Assembly: GCA_947493285.1 (NCBI GenBank)
Contig: CANLQH010000002.1
Location: 450,062-514,061, forward strand
Source: an uncultured Tenacibaculum sp.
Lineage (GTDB): Bacteria; Bacteroidota; Bacteroidia; Flavobacteriales; Flavobacteriaceae
Direction: 5' to 3'
Length of the DNA: 64,000 bases
This document shows positions 40,611 to 51,298 of the stretch, one piece after another. A program made the translations under genes and the position numbers. The notes beneath the pieces are model-generated. The model saw only the letters and a program-made list of their open reading frames with translations. It ran no database searches and was not told the origin of the DNA. Every line of letters begins with the position of its first letter. The stretch's first letter is position 1.

Positions 40611-41198
40611 ATGAAATCAATTACAATCAACGGATCTCAAAGAGAAAGCGTAGGTAAAAAAGCAACAAAAGCCTTACGTAATGCTGGAAAGGTTCCTTGC
40701 GTATTATACGGAGGAGACAAGCCTGTTCATTTTTCAGCGGAAGCAAAATCGTTCAAGCCATTAGTATTTACTCCAGACGTATTTACTGCTACGATTGAAT
40801 TAGATGGTACAACATATAGTGCTGTATTACAAGATATCCAATTTCACCCAGTAAACGATAGTATTTTACACGTAGATTTCTACCAGTTATTCGACGACAA
40901 AGCGGTAACTATGGAAATCCCTGTAAAATTAACTGGAACTTCTCCAGGAGTTTTAAATGGTGGTTCTTTACGTTTTACTAACCGTAAATTAAAAGTAAAA
41001 GCTTTACCAGCTAAATTACCTGACTTTATTAGCGCAGATATTTCTGGTTTAAAAATTGGAAATAAATTATTTATTACTGAGTTAGCTAACGATGATTATT
41101 CATTTTTACACCCAGACAATACAGTTGTTGTTCAAGTAAGAACTTCTCGTAACGCTGTTAAAGAAGAAGAAACTGAAGAAGAAGTTGCTGCAGAATAA
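40611..41198 (+). CDS. rplY: 50S ribosomal protein bL25 / general stress protein Ctc
   Basis: [27 protein letters not shown]. Confidence 0.96.
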   Translation: MKSITINGSQRESVGKKATKALRNAGKVPCVLYGGDKPVHFSAEAKSFKPLVFTPDVFTATIELDGTTYSAVLQDIQFHPVNDSILHVDFYQLFDDKAVTMEIPVKLTGTSPGVLNGGSLRFTNRKLKVKALPAKLPDFISADISGLKIGNKLFITELANDDYSFLHPDNTVVVQVRTSRNAVKEEETEEEVAAE

Positions 41199-41261
41199 AT
41201 TTTGCACACATAAATTACAAAAAGCGTTACCATTGTGTAACGCTTTTTTTATTTTTGAGGC

Positions 41262-41903
41262 ATGATTTTTAACTCTTTTTTGAAAAGACTATTTAACTTT
41301 TCTAAAACACAATCAATAAGTATAGAAGAAGATCCGATGAAGAAATTTTTAATCGTAGGTTTAGGTAATATTGGTGAAAAATATCACAATACGCGTCATA
41401 ATATAGGTTTTAAAATAGTAGATGCCTTTGTAAAAGAGCATGATGCTAGTTTCGAAACTGAAAAACTAGGCGATGTAGCCAAATTAAAAATCAAAGGAAA
41501 AACTGTTATTGTTTTAAAACCTAGTACTTACATGAACTTAAGTGGTAAGGCTATACAGTATTGGATGAAACAAGAAAACATCAAAGTAGAAAATCTATTA
41601 GTAATTACTGATGATTTAAATATTGATTTCGGAAAGCTTCGTATTAAAGGCAAAGGTAGCTCTGGCGGACACAACGGATTAAAAGATATTCAAGAAAAAT
41701 TTAATACAGGTGCGTATCCTCGTTTTCGTTTTGGTGTTGGTGCCGATTACGGTAGAGGTCGTCAGGTAGACTATGTTTTAGGACAATGGAGTAAAGAAGA
41801 AGAAAGTGAAATGATTGAACGTATTCCAACCTCTGTAAAAGCAGTTACTTCTTTTATAACTTCCGGATTATCTAATACCATGAATGAGTTTAATGGAAAG
41901 TAA
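41262..41903 (+). CDS. pth: Peptidyl-tRNA hydrolase (alternative start 41337)
   Basis: LIVGLGNIG, TRHNIGF, TYMNLSG, GGHNGLK. Confidence 0.96.
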   Translation: MIFNSFLKRLFNFSKTQSISIEEDPMKKFLIVGLGNIGEKYHNTRHNIGFKIVDAFVKEHDASFETEKLGDVAKLKIKGKTVIVLKPSTYMNLSGKAIQYWMKQENIKVENLLVITDDLNIDFGKLRIKGKGSSGGHNGLKDIQEKFNTGAYPRFRFGVGADYGRGRQVDYVLGQWSKEEESEMIERIPTSVKAVTSFITSGLSNTMNEFNGK

Positions 41904-41907
41904 TAAC

Positions 41908-41988
41908 TTACTTTATCCCTAACATTTTATTAAACGTTCTTACCTCACATTGATAAAATTTCTTGATCGCTTTTAATAAATTTTCCAT
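41908..41988 (-). CDS. Possible 26-aa small protein (not in ORF track)
   Basis: Manual translation MENLLKAIKKFYQCEVRTFNKMLGIK; fills the gap downstream of queD. Confidence 0.35.
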   Translation of the reverse strand: MENLLKAIKKFYQCEVRTFNKMLGIK

Positions 41989-42047
41989 TGTACACTTAAT
42001 TAGTTATACTAATAAGTAGTGAAAAAAGTGAATTTGTTACAAAAAAA

Positions 42048-42497
42048 CTAATTATCGCTAGCAAACCACTCAGCAAAACTGGTTTCAGTTTCTTGTAACT
42101 TTATAGCGTGTAATTGAATATTTTCTGGTAATCTATTTTTAATTTTATCAGCAAAGTCAATTACCATCATTTCACTAGTTGGTTGATAATCTACCAAAAT
42201 AACATGGTGCCCACGATCTTTTAATTCTTTTGCTAACTCTACATGAGGTGTGTTTTTATTAAACACGGTAGCGTGGTCAAAAACATCAACAATCTCTTCT
42301 TTTACAATCCTTTTAAGATCGCTAAAGTCAATCACCATTCCATATTTTACGTTGGACGTATCGCTAATTGGTTGCCCCATAACGGTAACTGAAAGCTTGT
42401 AACTATGTCCGTGAACATTTTTACACTTTCCATCATAACCGTATAACGCATGACCGGTTTCAAAAGTAAACTGTTTTGTGATTCTAATATTACTCAT
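42048..42497 (-). CDS. queD: 6-carboxytetrahydropterin synthase
   Basis: FETGHAL, CKNVHGHSYKL, PTSE, ETETSFAEW. Confidence 0.93.
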   Translation of the reverse strand: MSNIRITKQFTFETGHALYGYDGKCKNVHGHSYKLSVTVMGQPISDTSNVKYGMVIDFSDLKRIVKEEIVDVFDHATVFNKNTPHVELAKELKDRGHHVILVDYQPTSEMMVIDFADKIKNRLPENIQLHAIKLQETETSFAEWFASDN

Positions 42498-42529
42498 ATT
42501 AAATTTATCCTTAAGAAGAAAAAACGATG

Positions 42530-42628
42530 TTACTTTCTTTTATGTTGTTTATTGCTTCTGTACTTATTGTAAAAATATACAATTGCTACACCTGCTGCCA
42601 ATATCGCAAATAAATAATCTCCACCCAT
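42530..42628 (-). CDS. 32-aa single-TM small protein (not in ORF track)
   Basis: MGGDYLFAILAAGVAIVYFYNKYRSNKQHKRK: hydrophobic helix plus basic tail. Confidence 0.6.
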   Translation of the reverse strand: MGGDYLFAILAAGVAIVYFYNKYRSNKQHKRK

Positions 42629-42644
42629 AATCTTAAATTTGTTT

Positions 42645-42800
42645 TTATTCGCCGAATGTACGAATTTGTTTTACAACTTTTGTTAATAACCAAACAAAGG
42701 CTACAGAAATAATAATTCCTATTAATATTGATAATACCGGATGATGGTATATCCATTTTCCTACTTCATACCCTGTTTTATAGGCTGAAGAATCTTTCAT
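42645..42800 (-). CDS. 51-aa single-TM small protein (not in ORF track)
   Basis: MKDSSAYKTGYEVGKWIYHHPVLSILIGIIISVAFVWLLTKVVKQIRTFGE. Confidence 0.6.
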   Translation of the reverse strand: MKDSSAYKTGYEVGKWIYHHPVLSILIGIIISVAFVWLLTKVVKQIRTFGE

Positions 42801-42821
42801 ATCTTGAATTAAAAACATTTA

Positions 42822-43589
42822 TTATTTTTTAAATTTCTCTAACGCTTTTTTTGTGAAATCTGACAACACTAATTTTCCAGAAGTTTCTGCTCTTTCTATC
42901 AATAAACTTCCCCAGTGCTCTGTATCTTTCCATAAAGCCTTTTTCATTTCAACTAAGGCTTCTGGGTTATATGAAGCTAATTTTTCTGATAAAATTTCTA
43001 CTTCTTTATCTAACTCATTTTTAGTTTCAAAAACACGAGCGTACAATCCTTTTTCTTTTGCCCAATACGCATTTTTCCAATTAGATGCATCTAATGTTAA
43101 CTCTGCTAATCCACTCACTCCTATTTTGCGCTCTACTGCAGGAGCAATAACAAACGGACCAATACCTATTGTAAACTCTGAAAGTTTAATAGAAGCGTGT
43201 TCTGTTGCCAATACATAATCGCAAGCTGCTGCTAAACCTACTCCACCACCAACTGTTTTACCCTGTACTCTACCAATAATTAATTTAGAACATCGACGCA
43301 TCGCATTAATTACATTCGCAAAACCAGAAAAGAAAGCTTTACCACTTTCTAAATCATCGATTGCAACTAATTCATCAAACGAAGCACCAGCACAAAAAGC
43401 TCTTTCTCCTTCTGACTTTAACACAACTACAGAAACCCCATCATTGTTTGATAATCCATCAAATTCGTTGGCTAAACGTGCTAATAATTCACTTGGAAAG
43501 GAATTACTAGCAGGATGTCCAAATTCTACTGTAGCAATGTTATTTTGAATATTGGTATATAAACTTCCGTTTTGTCGGGTTGTAGTCAT
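42822..43589 (-). CDS. Enoyl-CoA hydratase/isomerase family
   Basis: AFCAGASFDE, VGGGVGLAAACD, LSEFTIGIGP. Confidence 0.92.
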   Translation of the reverse strand: MTTTRQNGSLYTNIQNNIATVEFGHPASNSFPSELLARLANEFDGLSNNDGVSVVVLKSEGERAFCAGASFDELVAIDDLESGKAFFSGFANVINAMRRCSKLIIGRVQGKTVGGGVGLAAACDYVLATEHASIKLSEFTIGIGPFVIAPAVERKIGVSGLAELTLDASNWKNAYWAKEKGLYARVFETKNELDKEVEILSEKLASYNPEALVEMKKALWKDTEHWGSLLIERAETSGKLVLSDFTKKALEKFKK

Positions 43590-43612
43590 TTCTAATTATT
43601 TTATTCTCAAAA

Positions 43613-44947
43613 TTACACTTTTTGAGAGCGAGATAAAAACTTGTTTCTAAATTTAAAAATTAGTGGAACACTTCTAGCAATTATCCATCCATAAAAAGCA
43701 ATCCATATGGCATAGAGTTTACAATCTAATGAATCGAAAACCAACAATAACGGAATAAAAATTAAGGCTGTAGATACCAACAAGACATTACGCAAATATT
43801 TCATTTCTCCTAAACCTTTAAACATACCGTCATAAATAAATGCGATAGAACAAATAGGTTGCATTAACAAAACAATCCAAAATGTATCATAGAACTGTAT
43901 TAGCACTTCTTGTTCCTTGGTGAAAATTGTTCCAATAAAGTTATAAAAAGCGAATCCAATGAAAGCTAATAAGCTCCCAAAGACTAATCCGTAAATAATT
44001 AAATTATTCCCTAGTTTAATTAATGTTTTATAGGCTTTGGCTCCTAATAACTTACCAGATAAAATGTTTCCAGCAGATGAATAACCATCTATCATAAAAG
44101 CCCCCATTAACCATAAATTAAGTCCGATTGTATAAGCTGCAATATATTCTTTACCATAATCGGTAGCATACGAAGTGGCAAAATACAAAGCCACATTTAA
44201 AGCAATGGTTCTTACAAATAGGTTTAAAATCATATTTATAAACCTCGGAATTTCCTTATTAAATGGTAATTGAAACTTTAAAGATATTTTCGTTTTAGTC
44301 AACAATAAATACAATGCTATAACAGCCATCGTAATTTGTGCTATTACACTTGCATACGCAGCTCCTTGAATATTCATTGCAGGGATATAACCTTCAATTC
44401 CGTATACCAAAATAATATCTAAAACAATATTTACAATAGTACCGATAATAGCAATAATCATTGGATATACCGTGTTTTGTAATCCTCTAAACACTCCAAA
44501 AATTGCAATCACAAAAAGCGTGAACGGAAAACCAAAAACTCTAATTTTATAATATTCTACCGAGTACTCTAAAATGGTTCCTGATGCATTATAAAACTCA
44601 AAAATTTCTTTTGAAAACGGATAGCTTATTCCTAAAATAAACAAACTTGTAGTAACTACTAACACAATTGCTTGTGCTGGTAAGTTTTTAACTTCATCTA
44701 ACTTATTAGCTCCTAAATATTGAGAAATAATAGACGATATTCCACTCCTTGTTTGTCCAAACACCCAAATTAACATCGATAAAAAAGCGCCTACAATACC
44801 AATGGCTGCAATACTCTCTGTTGCATTAGTATCAATATTACCAATAATAGCTAAATCGGTTGTTGAAAGTAAAGGCTCGGCAACTCCTGCTATTAAAGCC
44901 GGTATTGCTAATTTATTAATGCGTTTAAAACTAATATCTTGATTCAT
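43613..44947 (-). CDS. MATE family efflux transporter
   Basis: LAIPALIAGVAEP, GVFRGLQNT, twelve hydrophobic segments. Confidence 0.92.
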   Translation of the reverse strand: MNQDISFKRINKLAIPALIAGVAEPLLSTTDLAIIGNIDTNATESIAAIGIVGAFLSMLIWVFGQTRSGISSIISQYLGANKLDEVKNLPAQAIVLVVTTSLFILGISYPFSKEIFEFYNASGTILEYSVEYYKIRVFGFPFTLFVIAIFGVFRGLQNTVYPMIIAIIGTIVNIVLDIILVYGIEGYIPAMNIQGAAYASVIAQITMAVIALYLLLTKTKISLKFQLPFNKEIPRFINMILNLFVRTIALNVALYFATSYATDYGKEYIAAYTIGLNLWLMGAFMIDGYSSAGNILSGKLLGAKAYKTLIKLGNNLIIYGLVFGSLLAFIGFAFYNFIGTIFTKEQEVLIQFYDTFWIVLLMQPICSIAFIYDGMFKGLGEMKYLRNVLLVSTALIFIPLLLVFDSLDCKLYAIWIAFYGWIIARSVPLIFKFRNKFLSRSQKV

Positions 44948-45077
44948 ATTCGAAGAACAAAGGAACAGCTATTCTTTTATTTCCTAAAGTAAAACACTAA
45001 AATTATCTGTTTTAAATATTATTTATCTTTGCAACTTCATAGTGTATTTAAAAACACTATGATTAAAAAAAGATTTT

Positions 45078-45872
45078 ATGAAACATATATTAGTTCCAAT
45101 CGGTTCTACCGAAAACTCAATAAACACCTTACAATACGCTATTAATTTTGCTGAAGCTACAAATGCAAAAGTCTTTGTAATGCGTGCCTATAAGGTTTTA
45201 ACAAAAGCTGGTGCCTTTGTTAATGCTGACGACACCATGCAACGTGAAACAAATTTATATTTAAGAGCTATGATTAATTCTGTTGATAGAAAAAATGTAG
45301 CCATTAAAATGATTACTGCAAAAGGTGATGTTTTAGAAAGTATTACTGCTATTGATAGAGAATTAGGAATGGACTTAATTATTATGGGCCCAAAAAGTAA
45401 TTCGATAAAAGAGGAAGTCTTTTTAGGAAACACCTCAGGTAGTGTTTTAAAACAAACCAACATTCCTATGTTAATTATTCCTGATGGCTATCAGTTTTCT
45501 CCAATAAAATCAGTATTAACTGCTTTTAAATCGGGAATTATGAACAAGGAAAATGTATTAAGTCCTTTAAATAAAATCTTAAAAACTTTTAAAGCTTCTT
45601 CTAATTTATTATTGGTAAAGACACCTAATTATACTGAAGATGATTTAGTTTTAGATTCTAATTTAGGAGATATAAAAAATGAATTAACCGTAACTGAAAA
45701 TGCCACTACTTTTCAAGGAGTTTTAGAACATTTTCAATCTCATAATCCTGATTTATTATGTGTATTTAGACGTAACCGTGGATTTTTTCAAAAACTTTGG
45801 GAAAAAAATACGATTCTAAAAAAAGAATTTCATTGTAATATTCCGCTACTAGTTTTAAGAGGAAAGTTATAA
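45078..45872 (+). CDS. Universal stress protein (tandem USP)
   Basis: MKHILVPI, DLIIMGP, FLGNTSGSV, IPMLIIP. Confidence 0.9.
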   Translation: MKHILVPIGSTENSINTLQYAINFAEATNAKVFVMRAYKVLTKAGAFVNADDTMQRETNLYLRAMINSVDRKNVAIKMITAKGDVLESITAIDRELGMDLIIMGPKSNSIKEEVFLGNTSGSVLKQTNIPMLIIPDGYQFSPIKSVLTAFKSGIMNKENVLSPLNKILKTFKASSNLLLVKTPNYTEDDLVLDSNLGDIKNELTVTENATTFQGVLEHFQSHNPDLLCVFRRNRGFFQKLWEKNTILKKEFHCNIPLLVLRGKL

Positions 45873-45906
45873 AGTATTTTAAAAGAGATTTCGTTTGAAA
45901 TCTCTT

Positions 45907-48534
45907 TTATTTTTTAACTAACATTCGTTTAATCTCATTCAGCTTCATTAAAGCTTCAATAGGTGTAAGTGTGTCAATATTCGTAGCTAAAATTTCTTCG
46001 CGAATATCTTCTAATAAAGGATCATCTAGTTGAAAAAAGCTCATTTGCATTTCTTCATGCTGAGTCTCTTTCAAAACTTCTTTTACTTCTTTATGCGCGT
46101 GATTCTCTTCTAGTTGTTTTAAAATTTTCTGCGCTCTATGAATCACCATATTCGGCATTCCTGCTAGTTTAGCTACATGAATACCAAAACTATGATTACT
46201 ACCACCAGCAACTAGTTTACGTAAGAAAATTATACTGTCTTTTAATTCTTTTACCGATACATTGAAATTCTTAATACGTTCGAATGTAGTGGTCATTTCA
46301 TTTAATTCGTGATAATGTGTAGCAAATAAAGTTTTTGCTTTCGATGGATGCTCATGTAAATACTCTGAAATAGCCCAAGCAATTGAAATCCCGTCGTAAG
46401 TAGAAGTTCCACGACCAATTTCATCTAATAATACCAAACTGCGTTCAGAAATATTATTTAAGATTGATGCTGTTTCATTCATTTCTACCATAAAAGTAGA
46501 TTCTCCCATCGAAATATTATCACTTGCTCCTACTCTTGTAAAAATCTTATCTACAATACCAATACGTGCATTTTGTGCTGGTACATAACTTCCCATTTGA
46601 GCCAATAAAACAATCAATGCTGTTTGACGTAAAATGGCTGATTTACCCGACATGTTTGGTCCGGTAATCATAATTATTTGTTGCTGATTTCGGTTTAAAA
46701 CAACATCGTTTGCAATATATTCTTCACCTATTGGTAATTGCTTTTCAATTACTGGATGGCGACCATTTTTAATTTCAATATCTGTACTTTCATCCATCAT
46801 CGGACGCACATAATTATTATCCATTGCCAAAGTGGCAAACGATAACAATCCGTCTATTTTAGCAACATTTTGAGCATTTTGCTGTACAGGTTGCACAAAA
46901 CCAATAATAAACTGCACTAATTTTACAAAAATCTCCGTTTCTAATTGCTGAATTTTCTCTTCAGCTCCTAGAATTTTAGTTTCATATTCCTTCAGTTCTT
47001 CCGTAATATAACGCTCAGCATTTACTAAGGTCTGTTTACGAATCCATTCTTCTGGAACATTGTCTTTATATTTATTTCTAACTTCAATATAGTAGCCAAA
47101 AACATTGTTAAAAGCTATTTTTAAGCTTGCTATTCCTGTTCGCTCCGTTTCACGAGCCAACATATTATCTAAATATTCTTTACCTGAATTAGAAATACTT
47201 CGTAACTCATCTAAATCTTTAGAAACGCCATTTGCAATCGCGTTTCCTTTATTTATATTTACTGGAGCTTCTTCAAATACACTCTCGGTAATTTTATCAA
47301 TTAACAACTTACAATCGTGTAGTTGTTTACCGATTTCTTTAACCGTTTTATTTTTACTTTTCTCAGCAGCTTCTTTTATTGGTAAAATCGCTTTTAAAGA
47401 GTTCTTTAAAAGAATTACTTCTCTTGGTGAAACTTTACCCGTTGCAACTTTAGATATCAATCGTTCGATATCAGAAATTTGTTTTAACTGATAGGTTACT
47501 GTTTCATGAAACTCATCATTATCAATTAAAAACTTCACCAACTCATGGCGTTGTTTAATCTGATTTATATCTTTTAATGGAAGCGCTAACCAACGTTTTA
47601 ACAAACGACCTCCCATTGGTGAAATAGTTTTATCAATAACGTTTAATAACGAAACTGAATTTACCGAATTACCTCCATACAACTCCAGGTTTTTAACAGT
47701 AAAACGATCCATCCACACATAATTATCTTCAGCAATTCTGCTGATGGATTGGATGTGATCTATTTTATTATGTTGTGTTTCTGATAAATAATACATCACT
47801 GCTCCACCTGCAATAACTCCGTATTCTAACTCATCAACACCAAATCCTTTTAAATTTTTAACTTTAAAATGATTGCTTAATAATTCGTTACCATATTCTT
47901 TTTGAAAAATCCAATCTTCTAAGTAAAATGCATGAAAACGATTGGTAAACAACTCTAAAAAGCGTTGTTTGTTTTTCTTTTCTACTAAGACTTCACTAGG
48001 TGAAAAATTCTGTAGTAATTTATCAATGTATTCTTCGTTTCCTTGAGCTATTAAAAATTCACCTGTAGAAACATCTAAAAAAGAAACTCCTAATAATTTC
48101 TTCCCGAAATGTACAGCTGCTAAAAAATTGTTGGATTTCGATTGTAAAACCTCATCGTTTAAAGCAACTCCTGGAGTTACCAATTCGGTAACACCACGCT
48201 TTACAATCTTCTTGGTCATTTTCGGATCTTCTAACTGATCGCAAATAGCCACACGTAAACCAGATTTTACCAGCTTAGGCAGATAGGTATTTAAAGAATG
48301 ATGCGGGAAACCAGCCAAGGCAGTTTCGCTCTCACTACCCGCACCTCTTTTGGTTAAAATTATTCCTAAAACTTCAGATGCTTTTACTGCATCTTCTCCA
48401 AAGGTTTCATAAAAATCTCCCACTCTAAAAAGTAACATTGCATCCGGATATTTTGCTTTAATTCCGTTGTATTGTTGCATTAGCGGAGTTACCTTTTTTG
48501 CCTTTGTTTTTGCCAAGTTTTTAGATTTTTTCAA
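45907..48534 (-). CDS. mutS: DNA mismatch repair protein MutS
   Basis: [38 protein letters not shown]. Confidence 0.98.
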   Translation of the reverse strand: MKKSKNLAKTKAKKVTPLMQQYNGIKAKYPDAMLLFRVGDFYETFGEDAVKASEVLGIILTKRGAGSESETALAGFPHHSLNTYLPKLVKSGLRVAICDQLEDPKMTKKIVKRGVTELVTPGVALNDEVLQSKSNNFLAAVHFGKKLLGVSFLDVSTGEFLIAQGNEEYIDKLLQNFSPSEVLVEKKNKQRFLELFTNRFHAFYLEDWIFQKEYGNELLSNHFKVKNLKGFGVDELEYGVIAGGAVMYYLSETQHNKIDHIQSISRIAEDNYVWMDRFTVKNLELYGGNSVNSVSLLNVIDKTISPMGGRLLKRWLALPLKDINQIKQRHELVKFLIDNDEFHETVTYQLKQISDIERLISKVATGKVSPREVILLKNSLKAILPIKEAAEKSKNKTVKEIGKQLHDCKLLIDKITESVFEEAPVNINKGNAIANGVSKDLDELRSISNSGKEYLDNMLARETERTGIASLKIAFNNVFGYYIEVRNKYKDNVPEEWIRKQTLVNAERYITEELKEYETKILGAEEKIQQLETEIFVKLVQFIIGFVQPVQQNAQNVAKIDGLLSFATLAMDNNYVRPMMDESTDIEIKNGRHPVIEKQLPIGEEYIANDVVLNRNQQQIIMITGPNMSGKSAILRQTALIVLLAQMGSYVPAQNARIGIVDKIFTRVGASDNISMGESTFMVEMNETASILNNISERSLVLLDEIGRGTSTYDGISIAWAISEYLHEHPSKAKTLFATHYHELNEMTTTFERIKNFNVSVKELKDSIIFLRKLVAGGSNHSFGIHVAKLAGMPNMVIHRAQKILKQLEENHAHKEVKEVLKETQHEEMQMSFFQLDDPLLEDIREEILATNIDTLTPIEALMKLNEIKRMLVKK

Positions 48535-48580
48535 TTAGTTTTGCGAAGATAAATATTCGATTTGAAAGTTAACATTTTTT

Positions 48581-49111
48581 ATGAGAAAACTAAAGAATAG
48601 CGAGTTAGGTAGAAAAACAGTTGAAGAATTTAAACAAACTAAAAAAACACCGATTATTGTGGTGCTCGACAATATCCGTAGTTTAAATAATATTGGTTCT
48701 GTTTTTAGAACTTCGGATGCTTTTTTAATCGAAAAAATTTATTTGTGCGGTATTACAGCAACGCCTCCTAACAAAGAAATTCATAAAACTGCTTTAGGAT
48801 CTACCGAATCGGTTGAGTGGGAATATATAGAAGATACGTTAACACTAGTTAATAAATTAAAAAGCGACGGTGTTTTTGTGGCTTCAATAGAGCAAGCTGA
48901 AAACAGTACCATGCTAAATGATTTTACACCTTTATCAGATAAAAAATACGCTATTGTAATGGGTAATGAGGTAAAAGGAGTGCAGCAAGAAGTAGTTTCT
49001 GCTTCTGATGCCTGTATTGAAATACCTCAATTAGGAACCAAACATTCTTTAAATATCTCGGTAAGTTGCGGAGTCGTGATTTGGGATTTATTTACCAAAA
49101 TTACCTTATAA
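48581..49111 (+). CDS. TrmH/SpoU-family RNA methyltransferase
   Basis: LDNIRSLNNIGSVFRT, GNEVKGV, IPQLGTKHSLNISV. Confidence 0.92.
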   Translation: MRKLKNSELGRKTVEEFKQTKKTPIIVVLDNIRSLNNIGSVFRTSDAFLIEKIYLCGITATPPNKEIHKTALGSTESVEWEYIEDTLTLVNKLKSDGVFVASIEQAENSTMLNDFTPLSDKKYAIVMGNEVKGVQQEVVSASDACIEIPQLGTKHSLNISVSCGVVIWDLFTKITL

Positions 49112-49247
49112 AGGTTAATTACTATCTATAATCAAAAAACAACCTTAAAAAGTTTGTTAATTTCTTGGCTTTCTCCCATAAACACTATACTTTAGAGACT
49201 TTATTTTTAGTCCCCCACAAAAATTGTTTAATTAAAACCCTATAATT

Positions 49248-49403
49248 ATGGAAAACAAAAATTTACAAGAAGTGGCAATGACGTTAAGTCCTGATACAGA
49301 CAACCCAACTACTGGTGATACAGGAGGAACAGGTGGCACAGAAAGACCAACTACTGGTGGTGGTGGAACCGGAAATGGTAATGACGATCCAACAAAATCT
49401 TAA
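49248..49403 (+). CDS. 51-aa Gly/Thr/Asp-rich peptide upstream of TPR sensor kinase (not in ORF track)
   Basis: MENKNLQEVAMTLSPDTDNPTTGDTGGTGGTERPTTGGGGTGNGNDDPTKS; A-rich start context; GC clearly above the surrounding intergenic DNA. Confidence 0.75.
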   Translation: MENKNLQEVAMTLSPDTDNPTTGDTGGTGGTERPTTGGGGTGNGNDDPTKS

Positions 49404-49450
49404 TTTAATTATAATAAAACCATCACTATATGTGGTGGTTTTATAATATT

Positions 49451-51298
49451 ATGCGTAATCTTCTTTTTTTCTTTTTTTTCACTTCATTTATTATTGCTCA
49501 AAACAAAAAAAACACTTTAAATAATGAGCAAGATTCCGTTGTATTTTCTAATACAATGATAAAAGCTTTATCTTTTTTTAGAGAAAAAAAACTGGATTCG
49601 TTCAAAAAATATAGTTTTAAGGCATTTTATCTTAGTAAAAAAAATAAAGACTTACAAAAAGTACATTTTTATCTAGCTACCTATTATAAATACGCTAAAA
49701 AACCAGATAGTGCTTACTATCATTACTATCAATCAAAAAATATTTTATTAGACCTCAATGATAGTATAACTGCGGGTAGAAGAATGTTTAGTATAGCCAA
49801 TATTAAACTTGCAGAAAATGATTTATTAGGTAGTGAAATATCATCTATAAACAGCTTAAAACATGTTGAAAACTCAAATTTACATAGAGTAAAACATCTT
49901 GTTTATGTAAATCTTGGGATTATTTCACATCGAAGAAAAGAACTCAATGATGCTTTAAAGTATTATAATTTAAGCTTAAAAGAGTTAGAAAATGACTCTT
50001 TACAAAACTTAGATTTACAGCTTAATGTAATCAATAATAAAGGTGTTTTATTTCAATCTTTCGAACAACATGAAAAAGCAATTCCTTTTTTTAAAGAAGG
50101 TTTAGCGTTTGATAGTATTAAAGAAAAGTACCCTACTCAATATGCTTTGTTATTAGAAAATTTAGCTTATAGCAATTATATGTTTGGAAATAAAAAAAAT
50201 GTTTTAAAGCAGTATGAAGAAGTATTAAAAATTAGAGAAAAAAGAAACAACCTTAGTGGGGCCAGTATTACACAAATAAATCTATCTAACTATTACAAAG
50301 ACCTTAATCAAAAAACAAAGGCAAAATTTCATGCTAATCGAGCTTTAAAATACGCCAAACAAACTCACAATAATAAAAAATGGTTAGAAGCTTTACAAAA
50401 TCTTTCAGAATTGACAACAGGTATACAATCAACAAAATATTTACAAGAATACATTACGCTAAACGATAGTTTATTTCAAAAAGAACGTTTGTTAAAAAAC
50501 CAATTTGCTAAAATAGAATATGAAACTGAGAAAAAAGAAAAAGAAAACACCGTTTTAAAAACTGAGAATGAAAAAAAACAAGCAGAAATTACTTACCAAA
50601 AACAGCAAAAAACAATCGGTTGGCTAGCTGCAGCCAGCGGTATATTGCTATTTGGTTTAAGTGTAATGTTTTATTTTCAAAGAAGGAGAAAATTACTGTA
50701 TCAAGCCCAGTTAGAAAGAGTACAGGCTAGAGAACACGAACGTCAACAAATTGCAAAATCTTTACATGATGAAGTTGCAGGAGATTTACGTTTATTACAT
50801 CAAAAGCTAGAGAAATCAAACCTATTAGAAGAAGCACAAAAACTAGATGCCGTTAAAGACAACGTACGTAATTTATCGCATCAGTTAAGTAGTGTTAGTT
50901 TTGATAAAGTTTCTTTTAAAGACCAAATAATTAATTTAGTTAGTGATTATTTTGAGCTTGATTTTAGAATATCAGTTAATGGTTTACATAAGTACGAATG
51001 GGAACCGATTAATGATGCTATTAAACGCTTGCTATATTTAAGTACTCGAGAAAGTATACAAAACAGCAAAAAATATGCTGAAGCAGATAAACTAACCATA
51101 GATTTTACCCTAGAAAAAAAATATGTACATTTGAATATTACTGACAATGGCATCGGTTTTGATACTAATACCAGTAAAAAAGGAATTGGTTTACAAAACC
51201 TACAAGAACGTGTTGAAGAGTTAAACGGAACTCTAAATATTGACAGCGAAGTAGGTAACGGAACCAAAACTAATATTCAAATACCCTTAAATGCTTGA
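49451..51298 (+). CDS. TPR-repeat periplasmic sensor histidine kinase (HisKA_3 type)
   Basis: Signal peptide MRNLLFFFFF; TPR helices; one TM segment; ERQQIAKSLHDEVAG; TDNGIGF, GIGLQNLQERV. Confidence 0.92.
   Translation: MRNLLFFFFFTSFIIAQNKKNTLNNEQDSVVFSNTMIKALSFFREKKLDSFKKYSFKAFYLSKKNKDLQKVHFYLATYYKYAKKPDSAYYHYYQSKNILLDLNDSITAGRRMFSIANIKLAENDLLGSEISSINSLKHVENSNLHRVKHLVYVNLGIISHRRKELNDALKYYNLSLKELENDSLQNLDLQLNVINNKGVLFQSFEQHEKAIPFFKEGLAFDSIKEKYPTQYALLLENLAYSNYMFGNKKNVLKQYEEVLKIREKRNNLSGASITQINLSNYYKDLNQKTKAKFHANRALKYAKQTHNNKKWLEALQNLSELTTGIQSTKYLQEYITLNDSLFQKERLLKNQFAKIEYETEKKEKENTVLKTENEKKQAEITYQKQQKTIGWLAAASGILLFGLSVMFYFQRRRKLLYQAQLERVQAREHERQQIAKSLHDEVAGDLRLLHQKLEKSNLLEEAQKLDAVKDNVRNLSHQLSSVSFDKVSFKDQIINLVSDYFELDFRISVNGLHKYEWEPINDAIKRLLYLSTRESIQNSKKYAEADKLTIDFTLEKKYVHLNITDNGIGFDTNTSKKGIGLQNLQERVEELNGTLNIDSEVGNGTKTNIQIPLNA

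Noticed and set aside
49460-49480. Poly-T tracts in the kinase signal peptide as a phase-variation switch
   Set aside because: T7 and T8 runs are ordinary in Phe-rich signal peptides of an AT-rich genome; the frame is intact
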